This document shows, piece by piece, positions 40,243-50,633 of a DNA stretch of 64,000 bases (position 1 is its first letter; each line of letters starts with the position of its first letter). The stretch is taken from assembly GCA_013334825.1 (NCBI GenBank), contig JAAXWR010000002.1, positions 34,025 to 98,024 of the forward strand. The letters run 5' to 3'. The position numbers were made by a program, and so were the translations under genes. A model generated the notes under the pieces. The model had not been told where the DNA came from, did no database searches, and was given only the letters and a program-made list of their open reading frames with translations. The DNA comes from Candidatus Yonathbacteria bacterium (lineage in GTDB: Bacteria > Patescibacteriota > Minisyncoccia > Phycocordibacterales > JACNGX01).

Positions 40243-40748
40243 AATTTTCAATTTCTAATTTTCAATTTTCAAACAATTTCTAATATAGAAATTTGAAAAA
40301 TGTATCAAACATATGCAGTACGATCTTGAAAACAGAACAAAAATTTTTAGCAAGGAGGTGATTATGTTCTTAAAACGTTTACAGAAGGATGAAATAAATA
40401 GACATATCATTTCTCAACTTGTTCGTTCGGCGACTAGTGTCGGTGCGAATTATTGTGAAGCAAATGGTGCTAGTTCACAGAGAGATTTCAAACATAAAAT
40501 ATTTATCTGTAGAAAGGAAATTCAAGAAACAAAATATCGGTTAGAATTAATTGCAGAATCGAATAAAGACGAAAAAGATAGTGTTGAAAAATTATGGAAA
40601 GAAGCTCATGAATTAACTCTCATTTTTAATAAAATATCAACAACACTAAGGGAACGCACTGAAAAATAAACTGAATATGTTTTGTGAAGCTTGAATCATT
40701 GATACATTGAAATATTGTTTGAAAATTAGAAATTGAAAATTGAAAATT
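40243..40748. mobile_element. Putative cassette: four-helix-bundle gene between inverted AATTTTC-tandem arms
   Basis: Left arm 40243-40308 mirrors right arm 40699-40748; lies between the tkt subunits. Confidence 0.6.
40313..40669 (+). CDS. Four-helix-bundle protein (23S rRNA IVP / bAvd-like)
   Basis: DLE.RT..F, QLVRSATSVGANY.EA, S..DF..K..I..KE..ET. Confidence 0.92.
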   Translation: MQYDLENRTKIFSKEVIMFLKRLQKDEINRHIISQLVRSATSVGANYCEANGASSQRDFKHKIFICRKEIQETKYRLELIAESNKDEKDSVEKLWKEAHELTLIFNKISTTLRERTEK

Positions 40749-40786
40749 AAACCAAACACTATCATATTTGTTATACTATATATATT

Positions 40787-41776
40787 ATGTTTACCCCTTC
40801 TCTCAAATTAAATCCAAATCTTTTTGCCGATACCATTGAGCGTGTACCGACGCGCTTTGGTTTCGGTGATGGACTGGTTTTAGCAGGAAAGAAAAACACG
40901 CGCGTGGTTGCGTTGTGTGCCGATTTGACTGCATCTACCAAGATGGATGGATTTGCAAAAGCGTTTCCTGAAAGATTTATACAGATGGGGATTGGAGAGC
41001 AGTCTATGGCGAGTGTTGCTTCGGGACTTGCAGCAGCGGGAAAGATTCCGTTTTTTGCTTCGTATGCAATGTTTTCTCCAGGACGTAATTGGGAGCAGAT
41101 CCGTACAACGATTTGCTATAATAATGTGAATGCAAAAGTGGTTGGCGCACATGCAGGTGTGTCGGTGGGTCCCGACGGAGGAACACATCAAGCGATTGAA
41201 GATATTGCACTTATGCGTGTTATTCCGCATATGACTGTTGTGGTGCCATGTGACGCACACGAAGCACACAGAGCAACGCTCGCCCTTGCGGAATACAATG
41301 GACCGGCGTATCTTCGTTTGACACGTGAACCAACGCCTCTCATGACGACTTCCGATACGCCTTTTGCTATCGGTAAAGCGCAGATTTTCTTCGAACCAAA
41401 GCGCGGAGTAAAAAAGACTATTGGTATCATTGGAGCGGGACCAGTCTTATATGAAGCACTCTTGACAGCAAAGGATTTGGAGGGAGAAGGTATTGGTGTA
41501 TCAGTTATGAATCTTGCAACCATTAAACCACTTGATGAAGAAGCGGTGCTTTCGTTTGCCAAAGCACATAAAGCGCTCGTGACTGTTGAAGAACATCAAA
41601 TTGCTGGCGGGCTCGGATCAACGATTGCGGAATATCTCTCATCCGTGTATCCAATGCATATTGTGCGTATTGGTGTACGCGATGCCTTTGGTCAATCGGG
41701 TACACAAAAAGAACTCATCGCGCACTATGGAATGGATAAAGAAAGTATCAAACGTGAAATACGGAATGTGAAATAA
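40787..41776 (+). CDS. Transketolase C-terminal subunit
   Basis: ADL..ST, GIGEQ, GPDGGTHQAIED, EEH...GGLG. Confidence 0.94.
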   Translation: MFTPSLKLNPNLFADTIERVPTRFGFGDGLVLAGKKNTRVVALCADLTASTKMDGFAKAFPERFIQMGIGEQSMASVASGLAAAGKIPFFASYAMFSPGRNWEQIRTTICYNNVNAKVVGAHAGVSVGPDGGTHQAIEDIALMRVIPHMTVVVPCDAHEAHRATLALAEYNGPAYLRLTREPTPLMTTSDTPFAIGKAQIFFEPKRGVKKTIGIIGAGPVLYEALLTAKDLEGEGIGVSVMNLATIKPLDEEAVLSFAKAHKALVTVEEHQIAGGLGSTIAEYLSSVYPMHIVRIGVRDAFGQSGTQKELIAHYGMDKESIKREIRNVK

Positions 41777-42112
41777 GGAATACGAATGTAGGAAATAGGT
41801 TAGAGGTGGTAGGGACAGATATTCGAATCAAGTGTGCCCTGCACCCTACGTGGTGCAGGGAATCATGAAGCAAGAATACGAGAGGCGAATAAAAAAAATA
41901 TGAGCATACGAATAACGAATGTGTACGAATATACGAATGACAAAGAAACGATAAATTATAAAAAAAACTATAGACAATGAAATAAGAAAATAGAAATATG
42001 GGAAGAGAAAACTATAAATGGTAAACGATAAAAGAAAAGAGTCGTATTCGTACATTCGTACGTATTCGTTATTCGTAAGCATTCTTGAAACTTGCAACTG
42101 ACAACTTAAAAC
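41777..42112. repeat. Composite intergenic repeat patch
   Basis: 28-bp hairpin at 41833-41860, TACGAAT tandem and its inverse, aaaactataaa module. Confidence 0.8.
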
Positions 42113-42116
42113 TCGT

Positions 42117-42791
42117 CTAATGTGCTACCGCATACGCTTTTACTTCTCGTGCGCCTGCGGCGCGGAGAGTTTTGCGCGCTTCCGCTATTGTTGCTCCTGT
42201 TGTGGTGACATCATCGATAAGGATAACCGTTCTTCCTATAATGCGTGATGAATGAGATACAGTAAATGCGTCGATGAGGTTTCGTAATCGCTCACTTTTG
42301 TTTGCAAGCGACATTTGTGGTTTTGTGTCACGGGTTTTTATAAGGATATCGGTTGCAAGTACAAGATTTGAATCAGAAAAAGAAGTAACAAGAGCGCGTG
42401 CAATGTCTTCAGTATGATTGTATCCGCGTGTCTTTAGTCGTGCGCGAGAAAGGGGTATAGGTATGACGAGCATTTCTTCGTTACTGCCGACAAGCGACTC
42501 TTCTGCTATATCCTCTGCAATCATGTCATAGAGCGCTTCTGCACATACGGGTGCGACGGCGCGAATTCCTTCGTATTTAAGATTCCAAATGATCCGATGT
42601 ACCGTAGGGTGTCTATACGACCATACGGCGCGCACTTCTTTGTCGGCAGAGGGTTCAGCAGGAGGGATAGACGCTCGACAAGTATCACATAAAAAGGTCC
42701 CAATTTTTCCACAACCAGTACATTGTGATGGAAACAATGCTTCGCATATAAAATTTATGATAGGGCGTATTACGTTTTTGGTCAGTTCCAT
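42117..42791 (-). CDS. comF: ComF family competence protein
   Basis: LFP..C.GCG...LC..C, IP.P.S..R...RGYN, LIDDVTTTGAT. Confidence 0.92.
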   Translation of the reverse strand: MELTKNVIRPIINFICEALFPSQCTGCGKIGTFLCDTCRASIPPAEPSADKEVRAVWSYRHPTVHRIIWNLKYEGIRAVAPVCAEALYDMIAEDIAEESLVGSNEEMLVIPIPLSRARLKTRGYNHTEDIARALVTSFSDSNLVLATDILIKTRDTKPQMSLANKSERLRNLIDAFTVSHSSRIIGRTVILIDDVTTTGATIAEARKTLRAAGAREVKAYAVAH

Positions 42792-42810
42792 GGTATAATC
42801 ATCGCATAGT

Positions 42811-43959
42811 ATGGCTGATATATTCAAACAACTCACAGGGGATTTCTTTAAGAAAAAAGCGGAAAGCGTTATTGGTGTTGATATTGGTTCAGCGTTTATA
42901 AAAGTTGTTCAATTAAAAAAGAAAAATGGAAAGGCTATTCTTGAAACATATGGTGAGCTTGCGCTTGGTCCATATGGTGGTGTGGCCGTTGGGCAGGCAA
43001 CACAACTTCCTCCAGAAAAGATTGCTGAAGCGCTTGCTGATGTTATACGCGAAGCAAATATTACAACAAAAAACGCCGGTCTTTCATTGCCACTTCAGTC
43101 AAGCCTCCTTTCATTTATGAAGATGCCACCGCTTGATGATAAGAAACTTGCTGAGATGATTCCTATTGAAGCAAGAAAATATATTCCTGTTCCAGTATCT
43201 GAAGTATCTTTGGATTGGTGGATTCTTCCAAAAAGAGAAGAGGATGTCATGCTCGGAGGAGTTCCGTCTATGCCTGGAGCAATAAAAGGTGTTTCACCGA
43301 AAGAAGATAAACAGCTTATTGATGTGCTCGTCGTCGCGATTTTGAATGAGACGATTCATGATTTTCGCGATGTTGTCGCTCGTGCAGCATTTGAAAATGC
43401 ATTTTTTGAATTAGAAGTATTTAGTACGGCGCGAAGTACTTTTGGTGCTAGTGCGTCTCCTGTGATGGTCATTGATATGGGTGCACGAACGACAAAAATT
43501 TCTATCCTTGAATACGGTATTATTCGTGCACAGCATATCGTTAATAGGGGATCTCAAAATATTACTGTTGCCATTGCGGATTCTGTCGGTGTTCCTGTTG
43601 AGCGTGCAGAACAATTAAAAAGAGAGTTCGGCCTTCTTGGTACAGGGAAAGAAGGACATATCACTGAGACAGCGCAGCTTGTCGTTGACCATGTTCTCAA
43701 TGAGGCAGAAGCAGTTCTCCTTAATTATGAACGGACACACAATAGAATGATTAAACATATCGTTCTTACTGGAGGGGGTGTTCTTTTGAAAGGGTTGTAC
43801 GAAGCAGCAGATAAAGCGTTTGAGACAGAAGTGACATATGCAGACCCATTTAAAAAGACTGAAGCCCCTGCTTTTCTTAAGCCAGTACTTAGTGATGCAG
43901 GTCCCGAATTTGCAGTTGCTGTTGGTCTTGCCCTCCGAAAACTCGAAGAACAAGAATAG
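42811..43959 (+). CDS. pilM: Type IV pilus assembly protein PilM
   Basis: IGVDIGS..IKVV, EA.KYIP, IDMGA..T, LTGGG, AVGLALR. Confidence 0.93.
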   Translation: MADIFKQLTGDFFKKKAESVIGVDIGSAFIKVVQLKKKNGKAILETYGELALGPYGGVAVGQATQLPPEKIAEALADVIREANITTKNAGLSLPLQSSLLSFMKMPPLDDKKLAEMIPIEARKYIPVPVSEVSLDWWILPKREEDVMLGGVPSMPGAIKGVSPKEDKQLIDVLVVAILNETIHDFRDVVARAAFENAFFELEVFSTARSTFGASASPVMVIDMGARTTKISILEYGIIRAQHIVNRGSQNITVAIADSVGVPVERAEQLKREFGLLGTGKEGHITETAQLVVDHVLNEAEAVLLNYERTHNRMIKHIVLTGGGVLLKGLYEAADKAFETEVTYADPFKKTEAPAFLKPVLSDAGPEFAVAVGLALRKLEEQE

Positions 43960-44039
43960 TCTTGGTTGGTTTCTTCCTCAATCCACATTTTTCTGCTTTC
44001 TTTCCTTTCTAAAAAAGTGCATAATAATGATATTGTTAT

Positions 44040-44636
44040 ATGGTCACGGCTTCTCAAACATCATTCATCCCCAAGCAATCGTTTGATCAGGTGAAGAAAA
44101 AACGTAACACAGGGACATGGTTACTCGTCTCTCTCTCTGGGTTTGTGTTAGCTCTTTCTCTTGTTGCTGCTGCCGGTGTATTTTTTTATGAGCGTATGCT
44201 TACAACGGATGTTGCTGACATGCGAGACCGTCTTGAGCGCATGCGTTCAGCGTTTGAACCTACACTTGTACAAGAATTAAAGCGTCTTGATGAACGTCTG
44301 AGTACGCTCAATGCGGTGTTGGGAGGGCATGTTGCTTTTTCAGAATTTTTTTCTGTTCTTGAACAAAATACATTGCAGACTGTACGCTTTCGTCAGTTTA
44401 CTTATCAAATGAATACAGAAAATGGAGCGGAAGTTACCCTCTCTGGAGAAGCAACAAGTTATTCTTCCGTTGCATTACAATCAGACGTCTTTGGAAAGAA
44501 CCGTTATTTTCATGATCCTATATTTTCTGATATGACATTGGACAATAAGGGAAATGTAACATTTAATGTGACATTTATTCTTGATGATGAACTTATCAAG
44601 TATGATGTAGCGGATGCAGTAAATATTTCTTCTTAA
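44040..44636 (+). CDS. pilN: PilN-like protein
   Basis: TM + coiled coil + ferredoxin-like L.G.A; follows pilM. Confidence 0.7.
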   Translation: MVTASQTSFIPKQSFDQVKKKRNTGTWLLVSLSGFVLALSLVAAAGVFFYERMLTTDVADMRDRLERMRSAFEPTLVQELKRLDERLSTLNAVLGGHVAFSEFFSVLEQNTLQTVRFRQFTYQMNTENGAEVTLSGEATSYSSVALQSDVFGKNRYFHDPIFSDMTLDNKGNVTFNVTFILDDELIKYDVADAVNISS

Positions 44637-44641
44637 ATTGT

Positions 44642-45178
44642 ATGATGCGATTCCTTACAACACTTGTATTTCTAGCCGCTGCGGGAGGTGTGTTTTTTGC
44701 TTTTACAACAAATCATTATGATACTGTTCGCGAACTTCAAGCAGAACAAAAAGAACTTACTGCGGCATCAGAAAAGATGCGTGAACTCAACGAAATGCGT
44801 TCAGATCTTCTCTCTCGTTACAATGCTTTTTCACAAGAGGATCTCGAGCGTTTGGAAAAAGCGCTTCCTGATAACGTCGATAACGTAAAACTTGTACGTG
44901 ATATTGACGGAATTGCTGCACGGTATGATATGACAGTGCGAAATATTATGATTCAACTTGGTGGTGAGACACCGGGCATCATCTCTTCTGGTGATAAAAC
45001 ATATGGTTCGCTTACGCTCTCTTTCGCTGTTTCTGGCCCGTATAAGACGTTTGTTAATTTCCTCCGTGACTTGGAACGCAGTCTCCGCATTGTTGATGTG
45101 ATTGATGTGTCATTTAATGCAGAAGAGAAAGATTTGTATGAATATACGGTAACACTTCGTACCTATTGGCTTAAATAA
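44642..45178 (+). CDS. pilO: PilO-like protein
   Basis: TM, coiled coil, LP, G.Y..F..FL..LE...R. Confidence 0.8.
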   Translation: MMRFLTTLVFLAAAGGVFFAFTTNHYDTVRELQAEQKELTAASEKMRELNEMRSDLLSRYNAFSQEDLERLEKALPDNVDNVKLVRDIDGIAARYDMTVRNIMIQLGGETPGIISSGDKTYGSLTLSFAVSGPYKTFVNFLRDLERSLRIVDVIDVSFNAEEKDLYEYTVTLRTYWLK

Positions 45179-45183
45179 ACAAT

Positions 45184-45561
45184 ATGTTTGAAATATTTTT
45201 TAAAAATAAAAAAATTATCTTCGGTGTCCTTGCTGTTATTCTGGCATTTGTTGCGTATCAAATGTTGTTTGTTTCGGGAAAGAGTACAGATGAGGGGACA
45301 TCTGTTCTTATTGAAGATCAGGGAGATCTTTCTGCCGAAGATCAGACGACACTTCAAATGTTGTCAGATATGCAAACAATAAAATTAAATGCAACAGTAT
45401 TGCAAAATCCAGCATTTATTAGTTTACAAGATTTTAGTATACCACTTCAAAATGAGCCACAAGGACGACGAAATCCTTTTGCTCCGATTGGGACGACAAA
45501 CGATATCTCTACTGCTGACACATCTGATAAGACGGTGGTAAAGACAGGGTTGACCCAATGA
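45184..45561 (+). CDS. Membrane-anchored pilus-associated protein (PilP position)
   Basis: N-terminal TM, GRRNPFAP. Confidence 0.55.
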   Translation: MFEIFFKNKKIIFGVLAVILAFVAYQMLFVSGKSTDEGTSVLIEDQGDLSAEDQTTLQMLSDMQTIKLNATVLQNPAFISLQDFSIPLQNEPQGRRNPFAPIGTTNDISTADTSDKTVVKTGLTQ

Positions 45562-45610
45562 TATCTTGTTAAATGATATGTAGTGTCGTTGCGTAGAGAC
45601 TTTTCCTCTT

Positions 45611-47329
45611 ATGGCTTTTCTTGATTTTTTGTTAAATAAAGGTGCAATTTCATCTTCCGTAGCGGACGATGTTCGCATGCGTGTTGAAACAAAAGGAGAA
45701 CAAATGGATTCTGCTCTTGCTGCACATGGTATGAATCCGGATACGATGCTTGGATTACGAAGTGAATATGCGGGCATTCCTCTGCGCGCAGTTGAAGAAA
45801 AAGACGTGTCATTTAAGGTGCTTGAATATGCACCCGAAGAATCAGCTCTGCATTATAAATTTATTCCTCTTGCTGTTGAGAAAGGTATTCTTGAGATAGG
45901 AATTGTTGATCCAGATAATATTGGTGCACGTGACGCGATACAATTTATTGCGAGTAAACTTGATATTCCTTATAAATTATTTTTAATATCAGAATCAGAT
46001 TTTACAGAAACAGCAAAGAAATACAAAGGATTATCTGGAGAAGTGAACAAGGCATTGTCAGAACTTGAAACAGAACTTGATGGCGATGATGAGACTGTCG
46101 CTTCGCTAGAGGCAAAAAGTGATGATATCTCGCAAACACAAATTATTGAAGATGCTCCTGTAACAAAAATTGTTGCAGTTATATTGCGACATGCAATTGA
46201 AGGAAATGCTTCAGATGTTCATATAGAGCCACTCGAAGATAAAGTGAGAGTTCGTTTTCGCGTTGATGGTCTTATGCATACCAGTTTGGTATTACCCGCA
46301 AAAGTCCAAAGTGCCGTTGTTGCCCGTATAAAGATTTTAACGACAAGCATGAAGCTTGATGAAAAACGTAAGCCACAAGATGGACGTTTTTCGGCACACA
46401 TTGAGGGACGTAAGGTAGATTTCCGTGTCTCAACATTTCCGACGTATTATGGTGAGAAAGTTGTTATGCGTATTTTAGACACTGGAAAAGGAGCACTCAA
46501 GCTAGAACAGCTTGGCATGCGTCAAGAAGATATTGCAATTGTACGCGAAATGCTTGATCGTCCGTATGGTATCATCCTTCTTACTGGTCCGACGGGTTCT
46601 GGAAAAACGACGACATTGTATTCAATGTTGAGTGAAGTTGATCGGGACAAAAAGAATGTTGTTTCTTTGGAAGACCCTGTTGAATACAACATGCCGGGCG
46701 TGAGTCAGTCACAAGTACGTCCTGAAATTGATTATACTTTTGCAAATGGTTTACGTAGTATTCTCCGTCAAGATCCAGACATCATTATGGTTGGAGAAAT
46801 TCGTGACAAAGAAACAGCACAGCTCGCTATTCAAGCTGCACTTACAGGGCATCTTGTCTTCTCTACCATTCACACCAATACTGCATCAGGTGTTATCCCT
46901 CGTCTTATTGATATGGGTGTAGATCCGTTTCTTATTGCTCCAACACTTGCTCTTGCGATTGGGCAACGTCTCGTCCCTGCTATTTGTAAGGGGGCAAAAA
47001 AAGAACGTCTTATTGAGGGTGGTATTCGTGAAATGATTTCTCAACAAATTAAAGATCTTCCCGCAGAACGACAGATGCTTTTTTCTGAAAAAACATTTGT
47101 CCATGACGCTGTCCCAACCGCAGATTGTCCTTCTGGGACTCGAGGTCGGTTGGGAGTGTTTGAGTTACTACGCGTGGATAGAAGTGTAGAAGAAGTTATC
47201 TTGACGAAGCCTGTTGAAGAGGAGGTATATAAAGCAGCGCGTATACAAGGAATGTTGACCATGAAAGAAGATGCTCTTCTCAAATCATTTGACGGAAGCG
47301 TTTCTTTCGAAGAGGTAAATATGCTGTAA
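45611..47329 (+). CDS. pilB: Type IV pilus assembly ATPase PilB/GspE
   Basis: ASDVHIEP, PQDGRF, GPTGSGKTT, LRQDPD, TGHLVFSTIH. Confidence 0.95.
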   Translation: MAFLDFLLNKGAISSSVADDVRMRVETKGEQMDSALAAHGMNPDTMLGLRSEYAGIPLRAVEEKDVSFKVLEYAPEESALHYKFIPLAVEKGILEIGIVDPDNIGARDAIQFIASKLDIPYKLFLISESDFTETAKKYKGLSGEVNKALSELETELDGDDETVASLEAKSDDISQTQIIEDAPVTKIVAVILRHAIEGNASDVHIEPLEDKVRVRFRVDGLMHTSLVLPAKVQSAVVARIKILTTSMKLDEKRKPQDGRFSAHIEGRKVDFRVSTFPTYYGEKVVMRILDTGKGALKLEQLGMRQEDIAIVREMLDRPYGIILLTGPTGSGKTTTLYSMLSEVDRDKKNVVSLEDPVEYNMPGVSQSQVRPEIDYTFANGLRSILRQDPDIIMVGEIRDKETAQLAIQAALTGHLVFSTIHTNTASGVIPRLIDMGVDPFLIAPTLALAIGQRLVPAICKGAKKERLIEGGIREMISQQIKDLPAERQMLFSEKTFVHDAVPTADCPSGTRGRLGVFELLRVDRSVEEVILTKPVEEEVYKAARIQGMLTMKEDALLKSFDGSVSFEEVNML

Positions 47330-47358
47330 AAGATATAAATATAGAGTATACTACTCAT

Positions 47359-47766
47359 ATGTCTACAACAACAGAACAATCACAACTAGCAATGCATACC
47401 GCACTTATTGTCGATGACGATAAGTTTCTTCTTGATATGTATGTACTTAAATTCAAACAGAGTGGATTTGAAGTGACTGCATGCTTGGGTGCTGAAGATG
47501 CGCTTGAGCGTTTACGTGCCGGTCTTCAGCCCGACGTCATTTTGACAGATATCTTGATGCCTTCAATGGATGGATTTTCCTTTTTAGAGCGCATGAAAGA
47601 AGAGAAACTTGCATTGCATGCGAAAAAGATCGTTCTTTCGAATAAAGGAGAAAAGCCAGATATTGATAGAGCGGCATCTTCAGGTGCTGTTGGATATGTG
47701 ATAAAAGCCAGTGTTATTCCTTCAGAAGTGGTTGAAAAGGCACGTACAGTTCTTGGTTTGAAATAA
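47359..47766 (+). CDS. Single-domain response regulator
   Basis: LIVDDD, PDVILTDILMP.MDG, YVIK. Confidence 0.9.
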   Translation: MSTTTEQSQLAMHTALIVDDDKFLLDMYVLKFKQSGFEVTACLGAEDALERLRAGLQPDVILTDILMPSMDGFSFLERMKEEKLALHAKKIVLSNKGEKPDIDRAASSGAVGYVIKASVIPSEVVEKARTVLGLK

Positions 47767-47939
47767 ATAAAAATACCCATAAATCGACGTTTATTGATAA
47801 AAAGTGGATAACTAATCCACACCCATTGTTCTTTTTGTTATCATTTTGTTATAATAAAATGGCTTCAAACGCAGCAAGGCGTGTGGGCTTTTATCAATAG
47901 GTCGTTATTCGTTTTAATCAAATTTTATCCTTATATCTT

Positions 47940-48422
47940 ATGAAAAATAGTAATCGAGGTTTTACCCTCATTGAACTTCTTGTTGTTATTGCCATTATTG
48001 GTATTTTGTCTTCCGTTGTGTTGGCATCACTCAACTCCGCTCGTGAAAAGTCACGTGACGCAAAACGTGTCTCTGATATTAAACAACTTCAACTTGCGTT
48101 GGAACTTTATTATGATACCAATCAGGAATATCCTGATGTATTAACAAGTCTTGCATCTACATATATTGCTAATGTGCCAACAGATAACAGTGTACCCTAT
48201 CTGTACGACAATTTAACATCTGCCGGTGCGGCGTGTTCAGCAGCCTCAGGTGTTTGCTCAACATACCACCTTGCAGCGAACCTCGAACAAGAGACCACTC
48301 ACGCGGCATTTCAAGGAGATGCTGACTGGAACAACACCCCAGTTGATAGCATCACAGAAGAAGATGGTACGGGATGTACCTCAAGTGCTGCTGGTTATGG
48401 ATGTTATGATGTTCGCAACTAA
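47940..48422 (+). CDS. Type IV major pilin candidate
   Basis: RG/FTLIELLVVIAIIGIL; own promoter and terminator (48464-48490). Confidence 0.9.
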   Translation: MKNSNRGFTLIELLVVIAIIGILSSVVLASLNSAREKSRDAKRVSDIKQLQLALELYYDTNQEYPDVLTSLASTYIANVPTDNSVPYLYDNLTSAGAACSAASGVCSTYHLAANLEQETTHAAFQGDADWNNTPVDSITEEDGTGCTSSAAGYGCYDVRN

Positions 48423-48508
48423 GAAACATCTTTGAACATGATAATAGGGATTTTTCCCACAGTCAAAAACCTCCGCTTACGGAGGTTTTTGGTGTATACT
48501 ATATAAAC

Positions 48509-49348
48509 ATGGTTGACATAATATTTCTTTTAATAAATGTGAGTATATTTTTATTCGGAGCTATCATTGGAAGTTTTCTGAATGTGGTTATTTTGCGATA
48601 TGGTTCTGGAAAATCGATTATAAAAGGAAGATCTTCTTGTGGAACTTGCGGCGCGCATCTTTCTTGGTATGACATGGTACCTATATTGGGGTATATTTTT
48701 CTTCGTGGGCGTTGTAGGTCATGCGGTATGAAAATAAGTCGACAATATATATTTGTAGAGATAAGCACGGGAATATTGTTTGTTTTTATTGCACAACTTT
48801 TTCTTCCTTATATTTTCAGTGGAACAGTTCCATTAATATTTCCTCTCATTGATACAATATTATTATGGGTTGTGGTGTCGCTACTTGTTATCATTACAGT
48901 CTATGATATGAGACACTTCATTATTCCTGATTTGTTTGTATATTTGTTTGCTGCAATGTCTCTTGTATATATCTGTTTTCCCGCCCTGTATATGGGGATG
49001 TGGACAATGTGGTGGGGAGATATTATTGCGGGACCTTTATTTGCTATACCGTTTGCACTCATATGGCTATTTTCACGAGGAACATGGATGGGGCTTGGAG
49101 ATGCAAAATTAGTTCTTGGTATAGGATGGCTTCTTGGTGTTTGGGGAACTATATCTGCTCTTCTTATTGCGTTTTGGACTGGCGCATTGTGGGGACTTTT
49201 TCTTATTGGTATACAAAAAAAGGGTGTATTGTGGGGAAGAAAAAAAACATTTACAATGAAAAGCGAAATACCTTTCGGACCATTTCTTATTATGGGAACT
49301 TTACTCGTACTCCTCTTTCATATTGATATAGTAAGTATTCTTTTTTGA
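48509..49348 (+). CDS. pilD: Prepilin peptidase
   Basis: GSFLNV, RS.C..CG, GRCR.C, MG.GD.KL, PFGPF. Confidence 0.95.
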   Translation: MVDIIFLLINVSIFLFGAIIGSFLNVVILRYGSGKSIIKGRSSCGTCGAHLSWYDMVPILGYIFLRGRCRSCGMKISRQYIFVEISTGILFVFIAQLFLPYIFSGTVPLIFPLIDTILLWVVVSLLVIITVYDMRHFIIPDLFVYLFAAMSLVYICFPALYMGMWTMWWGDIIAGPLFAIPFALIWLFSRGTWMGLGDAKLVLGIGWLLGVWGTISALLIAFWTGALWGLFLIGIQKKGVLWGRKKTFTMKSEIPFGPFLIMGTLLVLLFHIDIVSILF

Positions 49349-49358
49349 CAGATATAGT

Positions 49359-50057
49359 ATGTACATTTCTTTGTTACACCGAGCTTCACCATCTTATCAT
49401 AAGGCATTTACCCTTATAGAACTTTTAGTTGTTGTTGGTATTTTTACTCTTATGACAGGACTGGTTCTTGCAAATTATCCACGGTTTGATTCACAAATTG
49501 TTCTTGAGAATACTGCACATGAAGTCGCCATTGAGGTACGTCAAGCACAAAGTTACGGTCTTGGTGTTCGTGAGTCTGTGACGGATGCAGATGCATTTCC
49601 GGGGTATGGCATACACATTCCTTCGCTCATAGGAGGTTTTTCACGTAGTGTCTTTATGTATGCCGACATACCATCACTTGGCTCTGAAGATGGTGATATG
49701 CGATATGCGGGTGGAAATACATGTGTTCCTGGTTCAGGAGAATGTGTGGAGATGTTGACGCTACGTAATCACCGTATATACGCTATTTGTGGTAATATGA
49801 AAGCCAACCTCGGAGCGATTGCTCCCTTCCGAAAAACAACAGATATCGTGGCATCAGGGGCTGCTGCATATTGTAATAAAGATTCTCTTGATGTGACATT
49901 TACGCGACCTGATCCAGATGCTGTGATGATCGGATATGTGGGAGGTTCTGAAGATTCTTCAGCACCGTATAGTGATGCAGAAATAGTTATTGCGACTACG
50001 GGTGGTGATGTGAGAACTGTTGTTATATGGTCAACAGGACAAATTACAGTGGAATAA
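49359..50057 (+). CDS. Minor pilin (FimT/FimU-like)
   Basis: KA/FTLIELLVV. Confidence 0.8.
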   Translation: MYISLLHRASPSYHKAFTLIELLVVVGIFTLMTGLVLANYPRFDSQIVLENTAHEVAIEVRQAQSYGLGVRESVTDADAFPGYGIHIPSLIGGFSRSVFMYADIPSLGSEDGDMRYAGGNTCVPGSGECVEMLTLRNHRIYAICGNMKANLGAIAPFRKTTDIVASGAAAYCNKDSLDVTFTRPDPDAVMIGYVGGSEDSSAPYSDAEIVIATTGGDVRTVVIWSTGQITVE

Positions 50058-50075
50058 TATAAAATTTTATATACT

Positions 50076-50624
50076 ATGTTTTTTAAGTTTTCATCAACAA
50101 AAATAAATTCCCATACTCGTCCTCAAGGAGGATTTACATTAGTAGAAATGATTGTTGCGGTTGCAATTTTTGCTACCGTTGTTCTTGTTGCAGTTGGGGC
50201 ACTTCTGTCGATTATTGACGCAAACAGGAAAGCGAATGCACTTCGTGTTGTTATGGAAAATCTCAATTTTGCGATGGAGAGTATTGCCCGTGATGTGCGT
50301 ACGGGAGATACATATTCCTGTTCAGGATTGGGAGATTGTTCGGGAGGAGATTCACTTTCCTTTAAAGACCAAGATGATTTACCAGTATCATACACATTAT
50401 CAAATCATGTATTATTACGAGTGGCAGGAGGGGAGTCAATTGCTGTAACCTCGCCATCTGTATATGTTGAGGATGTAAGTTTTTCTGTGACAGGATCATC
50501 TTCTGGAGATGGTATTCAACCGCGGGTTCTGATGACAATTGTTGGGTATGCTGGATCGTTTGGAAAAAATCGTTCATCATTTAGTCTACAGACAACGATT
50601 TCACAACGTGACACAGATTCTTAA
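50076..50624 (+). CDS. Minor pilin (PilW-like)
   Basis: GG/FTLVEMIVAVAI. Confidence 0.8.
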   Translation: MFFKFSSTKINSHTRPQGGFTLVEMIVAVAIFATVVLVAVGALLSIIDANRKANALRVVMENLNFAMESIARDVRTGDTYSCSGLGDCSGGDSLSFKDQDDLPVSYTLSNHVLLRVAGGESIAVTSPSVYVEDVSFSVTGSSSGDGIQPRVLMTIVGYAGSFGKNRSSFSLQTTISQRDTDS

Positions 50625-50633
50625 TATGTTTTT

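Noticed and set aside
40313-40669. Diversity-generating retroelement
   Set aside because: Avd-like gene only; no reverse transcriptase or TR/VR pair with adenine-specific mismatches seen in the window
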